Below are positions 16,538-24,263 of a stretch of DNA of 31,304 nt, piece after piece. The DNA comes from an uncultured Peptococcaceae bacterium. Lineage in GTDB: Bacteria; Bacillota; Desulfotomaculia; Desulfotomaculales; Desulfocucumaceae. The stretch spans positions 34,940-66,243 of the forward strand of contig CAYUXS010000001.1 in assembly GCA_964448915.1 (NCBI GenBank). The letters are read 5' to 3'. Position numbers and translations under genes: made by a program. Each line of letters opens with the position of its first letter. Positions within the stretch are counted from its first letter, which is position 1. The notes beneath the pieces were generated by a model, which worked only from the letters and a program-made list of their open reading frames with translations, was not told the origin of the DNA and did not search any database.

Positions 16538-18220
16538 TCACATTCCTTTGTTTAAAGGCTTTTCCAAAACATTAAAGGTATCTGTTTTGGAGTCATACAG
16601 TGAATTAACAAAAACCAACCATCTTTGATCATCCCTTCCGGGATAATCAACCCTCTCCTGGTAACTCAACCATCTGGTTTCTTTCCTATATAAAAGGTGT
16701 TCTACAACAGCTCTGGCAACTAAAACCCGGTCAATAACTTCATGGGCTTTAACCAGTTCGTAAATATCAGAAGAAAAAATACTTAAATTAATATCTTGAT
16801 CCAGCTTTTTAAGCAAATCCTTTGCTATTAAAAGCTTACTGGCACAAGTTTCATAGTTTGTGGTAATTCCCCCGGCATATTCGTCCATAACCTTTTGTAA
16901 TCTTTCTTCATATTCATCCGGCGAAGGGCCACTCAACCTGCCTAGAGGTGTATAAACCCTGCCGTACTCATCTTTAATACTTTCCTCTCCGACTTCCAAT
17001 AACTTTGGAACACCATCCAAATAATTCAATGCTGCTGTCGCCGCTATTTCCGCCTCTGCAAAACATCCGGTTACATATTTCTTAGGTGCGCCTCCTGCCA
17101 CGTCGCCGGCTGCAAACAGCCCTTGGATACTGGTCTGCCGTGAAACATCCACCCAATACCCCGCTTGACCATGCCCTCCCACTATATAGGGTTCAGAACC
17201 ACACAATTCAAGAAGCATTTCATTTGGTTCAACACCCTCATCAGCCCACTTTAAAACCATTCCAGGAGACATGTTAAGATAAGCTTCTTTAAGTTTTTCG
17301 TTAACTGATTGAGGTATATGAGTCATATCAAGGTAACAGGGGCCCTTGCCGGCTTTGTTCTCTTGGATAGTGGCGTACAACCTGGAAGGAGTTGTTTGAT
17401 CCTGGTACTTTTTTAGGTACTCTTCCCCCAGTGCGTTGATCTGTCTTGCCTTAAATCCTTGTACCACTGTACCGGTTGGTGAAATAACATCCTTTATCCT
17501 AAGAGCAATAAATCTCATCTCAAAAGTGGTCATTTCAGCCCCGGCCCTAAGTCCCATTGCAAAACCCGTTCCTACATTAAATGGGCAGTACCACATTTTG
17601 TGCCCGGCTGAACCGGCATTGTTGGGTTTATATATTCCAGAAGCCCCTCCAGTTGTGCAAATTACAGCCTTGGCTAAAATAACATAAAATTTGTTATCCC
17701 TGGAAGAGAAAGCATATACCCCAGCTGCCCGCCCTTTGTCTACGATATAATTGGTAGCTACAGTCCTGTTTAAAACCTTTGCGCCTGATTTTTCAACAAC
17801 AGATGCCAATATTGGCTTAATATGTTCACCGGTGATTTCAATGCTTCTTTTACCCCTGGGTTTATATCCACCCGACTCGTCTTTAACAATAGGCAGACCC
17901 CACGATTCTATCTTTTCTGTGACTTTATTTAATCTCTGCCCAATGGTCAGGACCAAATCTTCCCGGATTAGGCCTGCCGAATCTTTCTTTACGTATTCAA
18001 GGTAACTTTCTGGGGTTTCCCCCGGATTTAAGTAAGCATTAATAGCATTTACCCCCGCTGCCAAGCACCCGCTTCTTTTTATATTTGCCTTCTCAACTAT
18101 AATCACCTCAGTTTGAGGGCTGATTTCTTTAATAGTGGCCGCAGCATAGCATCCTGCAGTCCCTCCTCCAACAATAACAATGTCGGTAAAAAGTCTTTCT
18201 ATTTCGATTCGATCATGCAA
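16538..18220 (-). CDS. aprA: Adenylylsulfate reductase alpha subunit-like flavoprotein (AprA, SdhA/FrdA superfamily)
   Basis: FAD motif VGGGTAGC, KRSGCLAAG, WYCPFNVG, EMRFIALR, GLFAAGD, RKETRW. Genomic context of sulfate activation genes. Confidence 0.85.
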   Translation of the reverse strand: MHDRIEIERLFTDIVIVGGGTAGCYAAATIKEISPQTEVIIVEKANIKRSGCLAAGVNAINAYLNPGETPESYLEYVKKDSAGLIREDLVLTIGQRLNKVTEKIESWGLPIVKDESGGYKPRGKRSIEITGEHIKPILASVVEKSGAKVLNRTVATNYIVDKGRAAGVYAFSSRDNKFYVILAKAVICTTGGASGIYKPNNAGSAGHKMWYCPFNVGTGFAMGLRAGAEMTTFEMRFIALRIKDVISPTGTVVQGFKARQINALGEEYLKKYQDQTTPSRLYATIQENKAGKGPCYLDMTHIPQSVNEKLKEAYLNMSPGMVLKWADEGVEPNEMLLELCGSEPYIVGGHGQAGYWVDVSRQTSIQGLFAAGDVAGGAPKKYVTGCFAEAEIAATAALNYLDGVPKLLEVGEESIKDEYGRVYTPLGRLSGPSPDEYEERLQKVMDEYAGGITTNYETCASKLLIAKDLLKKLDQDINLSIFSSDIYELVKAHEVIDRVLVARAVVEHLLYRKETRWLSYQERVDYPGRDDQRWLVFVNSLYDSKTDTFNVLEKPLNKGM

Positions 18221-18263
18221 ATACGTATCACCCCTATCCCAACCAACCGGTTATATAATCAAG

Positions 18264-18896
18264 TCAGCTTTTTATTTGATCTATAATTCCTTTTTGCTGT
18301 AAGAAACCAATAACCTTATCAACTGATTCTTCAAGGTTTTCATTTTGAGTATCCAACACAATTTCAGGTTCCAAAGGTTCCTCATAAGGAGATGAAATCC
18401 CGGTAAACTCCTTTATCTCCCCGGCCCTGGCCTTATGGTACAAGCCTTTGACATCTCTTTTTTCACATTCATGCAACGGGCATTTCACAAATACCTCAAT
18501 GAAATCTCCTTTACCCAGTAAACTCCTGGCCATGTCTCTATCTGATCTAAAAGGCGAAATAAAAGCTGTAATGGTGATTATCCCTGTATCAGCGAATAAT
18601 TTCGCCACTTCACTGATACGCCTTATGTTTTCTTTCCTGTCCTCAGATGAGAAGCCAAGATTTTTGTTAAGGCCAAGCCGGATATTATCACCATCCAAAA
18701 CATAAACCAAATAGCCATTTTCAAAGAGTCTTTTTTCCAGTTCTACGGCTATAGTGGACTTCCCGGAGCCGGAAAGGCCTGTAAACCAGATCACCACGCC
18801 TTTTTGCCCTAATAATCTTTCCCTGTCTTGTTTTGTGATGTTTCTTTCATGCCGGACAATATTCGTTGCTTTTTGCACATTGAACCATCTATGCAT
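18264..18896 (-). CDS. cysC: Adenylyl-sulfate kinase
   Basis: WFTGLSGSGKST, LDGDNIRLGL, ENIRR, RDVKGLY, FTGISSPYEEP. Start is probably ATG 18896 or GTG 18878. Confidence 0.95.
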   Translation of the reverse strand: MHRWFNVQKATNIVRHERNITKQDRERLLGQKGVVIWFTGLSGSGKSTIAVELEKRLFENGYLVYVLDGDNIRLGLNKNLGFSSEDRKENIRRISEVAKLFADTGIITITAFISPFRSDRDMARSLLGKGDFIEVFVKCPLHECEKRDVKGLYHKARAGEIKEFTGISSPYEEPLEPEIVLDTQNENLEESVDKVIGFLQQKGIIDQIKS

Positions 18897-19674
18897 TGTT
18901 ATCCAGTCCCCAACGCAATCGTATTTTACTCTCCAACTTTCCAAACATAAGTTTGTCGATTATCAGGCCAATGGAAATTATTATTATCATGACTCCAACC
19001 ACTTGATTCATGTCATGCAGATCACGTCCTATCAGCAAGGCATAGCCTAAACCGTCTTTTGGTGATAAAAGCTCACCTGCCATTAGTGCGCGCCAGGCAA
19101 AGGACCATCCCTGCTGCATACCTGTTATTATTGACGGTAGGGCTGCCGGGATAACTACAGTGGTATAGGCCTTAAGTCCTTTTGCCCCCATGGTTTTGGC
19201 AACCCTCATATACAGTGGTGGAACATTTTTTATTCCAGAAATAACTGCTGTAGAAATTGAGAAGACAGAACCTATGGCAACAACAAAAATAATTGAATCT
19301 TCTCCAATACCAAACCAGAGAATGGCCAGCGGCAGCCAGCAAATACTGGGCAGTGCCTGCAAGCCCAGGAGTAGGGGTCTTAATGTATCATCAAGATAAC
19401 GAATTCTAATTATTGCCAAGCCTAAAATTAAACCCGACAAAAGTGAAATTATGTAGCCGGTGGCAACTCTTTTGATACTCACAGCTATTGCTATTGAATA
19501 AGATGTGTCCTTAAAACCCACCAAGAGATTACTAAATACACCCAGGGGTGATGGCAGGAGATATTCCGGCCAAATTTGGAGTCTAAATACCATCTCCCAT
19601 ATTGCTATAAGGACTAGGTAAAAAAGAATCTTTTTGCAAAGACCACTGGCTGTCGAATTCACTTTTAGCGACAT
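18889..19674 (-). CDS. ABC transporter permease (SsuC/TauC/NitT type)
   Basis: LLPSP, LQALPSICWLPLAILWFG, EAA-like region AKTMGA...VVIPAALP, WRALMAGEL. Confidence 0.92.
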   Translation of the reverse strand: MSLKVNSTASGLCKKILFYLVLIAIWEMVFRLQIWPEYLLPSPLGVFSNLLVGFKDTSYSIAIAVSIKRVATGYIISLLSGLILGLAIIRIRYLDDTLRPLLLGLQALPSICWLPLAILWFGIGEDSIIFVVAIGSVFSISTAVISGIKNVPPLYMRVAKTMGAKGLKAYTTVVIPAALPSIITGMQQGWSFAWRALMAGELLSPKDGLGYALLIGRDLHDMNQVVGVMIIIISIGLIIDKLMFGKLESKIRLRWGLDNNA

Positions 19675-20419
19675 TTTCCACTTCCTCCTTAAGTTCTTTC
19701 ATGATCTGTTTAGTGAAAAATGCCAGATCAATATTTTCTATAGTTCTTGGCCTGGCCAACTTAATGTCAAATATTTTTTTTATCCGCCCAGGATTTGCTG
19801 ACATGACGATAACCCTGTCTGCAAGTAAAACTGCTTCCTCTACGTTATGAGTTACGAAAACTATAGTTTTTCCTGTAGCCCTCCATATCTCCTGGAGTTC
19901 CATGTGTAGTATGGTTCTTGTCTGGCTGTCAAGGGCTGCAAAGGGTTCATCCATTAACAAAACATCTGAATCGACAGCCAACGCCCTGGCCAGTGCAACC
20001 CTTTGTCTCATCCCACCGGATAATTCATGAGGGTATGATAGGGCAAACCGGGTTAAGTGAACCATCTTCAAATATTGATAAGCCCTTTCTTTTCTTTCTT
20101 TCTTGGGGACTCCAGCCATCTTCATCCCGTATTCAACATTGTCTATCACTTTTGCCCAGGGAAATAAAGCTGCCTCTTGGAACATCATGGCCCGGTCCGG
20201 CCCGGCCCCGGTAATTTCAGTTCCTTCTTTAAGGACTCTCCCACTGGAAGCCCCGTCAAGACCGGCAATAATATTTAGCAAAGTTGATTTGCCACAGCCT
20301 GATGGCCCTACAATGGTAATAAATTCCCCTCTGTCAATGGTAAGATCCACGTTTTCCAATGCATTTATCAAGCCATTATTACTTGAATAACTTTTTACTA
20401 CGCCTTCGAGCTTTATCAA
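19583..20419 (-). CDS. ABC transporter ATP-binding protein (SsuB/TauB type)
   Basis: GPSGCGKST, FQE, LSGGMRQR, LLMDEPF, VTHNVEEA. Confidence 0.95.
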   Translation of the reverse strand: MIKLEGVVKSYSSNNGLINALENVDLTIDRGEFITIVGPSGCGKSTLLNIIAGLDGASSGRVLKEGTEITGAGPDRAMMFQEAALFPWAKVIDNVEYGMKMAGVPKKERKERAYQYLKMVHLTRFALSYPHELSGGMRQRVALARALAVDSDVLLMDEPFAALDSQTRTILHMELQEIWRATGKTIVFVTHNVEEAVLLADRVIVMSANPGRIKKIFDIKLARPRTIENIDLAFFTKQIMKELKEEVENVAKSEFDSQWSLQKDSFLPSPYSNMGDGI

Positions 20420-20431
20420 ATTAACACTTCC

Positions 20432-21484
20432 TTAGTTGACAGTTAATTCTGTTTGGCCTTTTTGCTTTAGAACCTTATTAATTAATTCCAAGTTAAACAA
20501 GTTGCTTGTATCCGGCTTTTCTTTCAAGTACCCTGCCGTTAAAGAAAAGTTTATAAACTCTTTAATCGATGCGACTACAGGGTCATTTGTAACATTTACC
20601 CTGGCAAATGAACTATTTAGTATGTCTTCAGGAAGTTCTTTCTTAGTGAGTTTTTCTAACTGATCTTTAATAAGGGCTTTACTTGCTTCTTTATCTTGTT
20701 TAATCCGATCTGTCAGTTCGACATGTGCGGCCAGCCATTTTTCAACTAGATCAGGGTGCTTTTCTAAAAATTTTTTATTAACTATAACAACTGTAGTTGC
20801 ATAGTTGCCATCCAGCCAAAGTTCATTTGAATCCAATATGATTGTGGCCCCAGTCTGCTTAATAATGGTTGAAGCCCAAGGTTCGGGAACCAAAGCTGCA
20901 TCTATATCACCCCTGGCAAAAAGCGTAAGAATATCTTGATTTTCTGCAGGAATGATCGTTACAGTTCCACCTTTTGAAGAATCCTTTAAGTTAGCCTGGT
21001 TCAAGAGGTTTCTCAATAGAATATCCTGGGTATTTCCCAGTTGAGGTATGGCGACAGTTTTCCCATCAAGTGCCTTGACATTTTTTATATCAACACCTTG
21101 GCGGGCCAACAGTACAGCACCACCCGTGGAAGCCCCGGCAATTTTGTGAATTTGCCCTTTAGATCTTGCTTTGACAGTATTTGCCTGTCCGGGTCATTTA
21201 TACTCCAAATCGATTTGTACGGCTAACAGCGCTTCGATTTCTGCGGGGCCTGCATTAAACTTGTGTTCTTCTATCACTACATTGTCCCCAAGCGTTTTTT
21301 TGAACGTTCCATCATTAAGTCCGACCAGTGCCTGAGTATGTGTGATATTGGGGAAATACCCGACTTTCATTACTGTTTTGCCATCTTTTTCTGGATTAGA
21401 ATTTCCACAACCGGACAGCGAAACGGCTCCAATTAAAATTACTGACAATAATGTTGCAATCTTAAAACCAGCCTTACGAATCAT
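20432..21484 (-). pseudogene. ABC substrate-binding lipoprotein (SsuA/aliphatic sulfonate type) interrupted by an in-frame TGA at 21196-21194
   Basis: ATG 21484 after AAGGAG, lipobox LSGC, VGYFPNITH, PQLGNTQD, VPEPW. The two track ORFs are in the same frame and would total 350 codons if the stop were read through. Confidence 0.85.
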
Positions 21485-21523
21485 AATTATCTCCTTAAAC
21501 AACTAATTGATTTATACAGCCAC

Positions 21524-22753
21524 CTAGGCTTTTAAAGCTTGTTCAAAGTCCTCAATCAAATCCTCGATATCTTCGACACCAACGCTTACCCGTATCAAAT
21601 CTTCAGTAACCCCCATAAGCTGTTTTTCCTCATTTGAAAAAGATGAATAAATAGTGGATGCAGGATGAATCACAAGGGTTCTGATATCGCCAATATTGGC
21701 CAGGTTGTAGGCATACTTTAAATTGTTTATAACCTTAAATGCCCTTGTCTTCGAACCCACCCCAAAAGTTAACAGGACTCCATATTTGTTATTGAACTGA
21801 ACTTTGGCAATGTCATGATACCGGTTATCAGGCAGTCCGGGGTAATTAACCCAGGAAACCCCAGGGTGAGAGCTCAAAAACTGGGCCAGTTCCATTGCGT
21901 TGCTACACATACGATCCATCCTAAGGCCTAATGTTTCAAGGCCAATGGTGTTTAAAAAAGCATTGAAGGGCGAAATGCATGCCCCAATATCCCTGTGTAA
22001 ACCTTTTCTAAGTTTCGCCAAGTAAGCTAGAAAACCAAAGGTTTGACTTAACTTATTAAGCTTTGGAAATTTATCTGCCGGCCATGAAAACCTGCCCCTG
22101 TCAACAATAATCCCACCAATTGAGTTGCCGCTGCCATTTATTAGCTTTGAAGTTGAGTGAATAACTATGTCCGCCCCGTAATCAAAAGGCCTCAATAAGT
22201 AGGGTGTGGTCACGGTATTGTCCACGACTAGTGGTATACCGTGCGAATGGGCTAATTGGGCCAGTTCTTTTATATTTGGAACATCCATTTTAGGGTTTCC
22301 AATTGTTTCTACAAAAATGAGTTTGGTTTTACCAGTTAACTTCTTGGCAAAGCTTTCCGGTTCTGCCGAAATGGCAAACTTCGTTTTGATACCATAATCT
22401 TTAAGACTGTTAAACAAAGAATACGTGTCACCAAAAATCCCAGTGTTTACAACCAACTCATCGCCTTGTTCCATCAGGTTTAAAATTGCCAAAGTAATTG
22501 CCGCCATTCCGGAAGCACAGGCAATAGCCCCAACCCCATTTTCAAGAAGAGCAACTCTTTGTTCAAAATAATCAATAGTAGGGTTATTTATCCGGGTGTA
22601 TATGTAGCCATAACCAGTTCCTTCAAAAATCCTCTCCAATTCCTCGGCAGAATTATGGTAAAAAGAAGTAGATTGGTATATAGGAATTGTTGTAGCTCCA
22701 ATTTTCATATCCGCCTTATGTCTGCCATGCAAAAGCTTGGTGTTGAAACGCAT
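21524..22753 (-). CDS. O-acylhomoserine sulfhydrylase / Cys-Met metabolism PLP enzyme (MetY/MetZ-like)
   Basis: PIYQSTSF, YTRINNPT, ASGMAAI, ETIGNP, VDNTV, PLP lysine in HSTSK, IRVSVGVEDIEDL. Confidence 0.88.
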   Translation of the reverse strand: MRFNTKLLHGRHKADMKIGATTIPIYQSTSFYHNSAEELERIFEGTGYGYIYTRINNPTIDYFEQRVALLENGVGAIACASGMAAITLAILNLMEQGDELVVNTGIFGDTYSLFNSLKDYGIKTKFAISAEPESFAKKLTGKTKLIFVETIGNPKMDVPNIKELAQLAHSHGIPLVVDNTVTTPYLLRPFDYGADIVIHSTSKLINGSGNSIGGIIVDRGRFSWPADKFPKLNKLSQTFGFLAYLAKLRKGLHRDIGACISPFNAFLNTIGLETLGLRMDRMCSNAMELAQFLSSHPGVSWVNYPGLPDNRYHDIAKVQFNNKYGVLLTFGVGSKTRAFKVINNLKYAYNLANIGDIRTLVIHPASTIYSSFSNEEKQLMGVTEDLIRVSVGVEDIEDLIEDFEQALKA

Positions 22754-22788
22754 TATTCATTCTCCTGCCAAAAGTTTGTCTATTGCTT

Positions 22789-23196
22789 TTAAATAATCTT
22801 CAAAGGTATTTCATCATAATTCCCATCTTTAATCTGAAAACACTTTATAACAGGATTTTCCTGGGATAAGGAAATGATCATATAAACGGCATCCGGATTA
22901 TACGCCAGTTTTATATCCTCCTTTGAGGGACGAGCTGGAGTTGAAGGGTGACTGTGATAATTACCAAGTATTACAAAGCCTTTTTCTCTGGCAGCATAGT
23001 AAGCTTCAAACTGCTCCTTGGGATCCATAGAAAAATGTTCGGGGCTATGATCCACGTTCTTCATTGGGTATATTTCCTTTATCTCAATTAAATCTTGTTC
23101 AACAGTTCCGGCAAGGATACCGCAACACTCTATAGGCAGGTGTTCTTTAGCTTGCTTGATAATTTTTTTTATTTTATCCGGGGAAATAATTACCAT
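22789..23196 (-). CDS. JAMM/MPN+ (M67) metalloprotease, Mec+/HcyD-like
   Basis: ECCGIL, JAMM motif YHSHP..PARPSKED. Confidence 0.93.
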   Translation of the reverse strand: MVIISPDKIKKIIKQAKEHLPIECCGILAGTVEQDLIEIKEIYPMKNVDHSPEHFSMDPKEQFEAYYAAREKGFVILGNYHSHPSTPARPSKEDIKLAYNPDAVYMIISLSQENPVIKCFQIKDGNYDEIPLKII

Positions 23197-23312
23197 TTAC
23201 AACTTCCACCTTATATAAGCAGTAATGGCAAAAGCAATTATTCCTAGAATAATATTAATATTATTATATAAGTATTAATATTATTCCTACTGATTTAATA
23301 TTGTTAAGGCAT

Positions 23313-23341
23313 AGCTTATATTATGGATTCATACTTGTCAA
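23313..23341 (-). promoter_or_regulatory. Candidate sigma-A promoter of the sulfur operon
   Basis: On the minus strand TTGACA (23341-23336), 17-nt spacer, TAAGCT. Confidence 0.55.
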
Positions 23342-23393
23342 TACCTGAATAAAAATTTTACCTTTTCTTAAGCCATGGAATTGTAAATGAAAT

Positions 23394-23420
23394 AAAAAAG
23401 CGGTTGAATACAACCGCTTT
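23394..23420 (-). terminator. Intrinsic terminator after larE
   Basis: On the minus strand AGCGGTTG-TATT-CAACCGCT followed by TTTTT, starting at the larE stop codon. Confidence 0.85.
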
Positions 23421-24249
23421 AGATGAACTTAAGAGGCATGACATCATTCATGCTTCCACTGCGATAGCCCCTTAAATCGAGAGTAATATATAAAAAACCA
23501 ATCTGTTTAAATGCTTCATACACTCTTTCCCTTACCTCTCCATGAAGAAACTTATTAAATTCTGATGGTTCAACTTCAATTCTGGCTACACTGCCATGAT
23601 GGCGCACCCTAATTTGTTTAAAACCCAATGAAAGTAAATAGTCTTCTGCTTTTTCCACCATGGCTAATTTTTCACGAGTGATTTTTTCACCATAAGGGAA
23701 TCTGGATGACAGGCATGCACATGCAGGCTTATTCCAGGTATTTAAACCCAATTTTTTCGACATTAACCTTATCTCTTCTTTCGTCAGGCATGCATCTTTT
23801 AATGGACTAATAATACCAAGCTCTTCAACAGCTCTCATGCCAGGCCTGTAATCATTTAAATCATCTAGATTGGAGCCCTCTGCTACATGTTCAATACCTT
23901 TTTCCTTGGCAATTTGCTTTATTTTAGTAAATAACTGTGACTTACACAAATAGCAACGGTTTAAAGGATTCTCTGAGAAACCTTCTATATCCAACTCCTC
24001 AAGATCAATTATCAAATGGGTGACACCAAGCATTTGGGCAAAAGCCGAAGCCTCATATAGTTCCCTCACAGGATATGTGGATGAGTTGGAAGTTACAGCA
24101 ATAACGTTTTTCCCCAGCAAATCATGGGCTACTTTTAAAAGAAATGAACTGTCTACCCCACCTGAAAATGCTACTGCCAATTTACCCAGTTTTTTGATAT
24201 TAGATTTAAGCAATTCAAATTTTTGCTCCAGATCAACCATATTAACCAC
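23419..24249 (-). CDS. larE: LarE-family ATP-dependent (PP-loop) sulfur insertase
   Basis: AFSGGVDSS, RCYLCK, GSNLDDLNDYRPG, SPL, KPACACLSSRFPYG, RVRHHG, GYRSGSMN. Start GTG 24249 or ATG 24240. Confidence 0.88.
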   Translation of the reverse strand: MVNMVDLEQKFELLKSNIKKLGKLAVAFSGGVDSSFLLKVAHDLLGKNVIAVTSNSSTYPVRELYEASAFAQMLGVTHLIIDLEELDIEGFSENPLNRCYLCKSQLFTKIKQIAKEKGIEHVAEGSNLDDLNDYRPGMRAVEELGIISPLKDACLTKEEIRLMSKKLGLNTWNKPACACLSSRFPYGEKITREKLAMVEKAEDYLLSLGFKQIRVRHHGSVARIEVEPSEFNKFLHGEVRERVYEAFKQIGFLYITLDLRGYRSGSMNDVMPLKFI

Positions 24250-24263
24250 TGCTCCATTTTAAG

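Noticed and set aside
15285-18220. Dissimilatory sulfate reduction locus
   Set aside because: No sat, qmoABC, dsrAB or dsrC. The context (cysDN, cysK, MetY-like, ABC importer) is assimilatory.
21194-21196. TGA recoded as Gly (genetic code 25) or as selenocysteine
   Set aside because: TGA is a normal stop elsewhere in the window (6471-6473, 3124-3126, 18264-18266) and Gly uses GGN throughout. The position corresponds to Gly, not Cys. The nearby GACAG/CTGTC stem is only 5 bp and too close to be a convincing SECIS.
21143-21220. Diversity-generating retroelement variable region
   Set aside because: The inferred changes are not adenine-specific on either strand. No reverse transcriptase or template repeat is in the window.
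12131-21502. N-terminal extensions in the ORF track for cysD (13063), cysK (14899), cysC (18944) and the binding protein (21502); likewise 5595, 6392, 7152 and 30599
   Set aside because: They overlap upstream genes or lack an RBS. Downstream starts with good Shine-Dalgarno sites fit better (the cysC start is the least certain).
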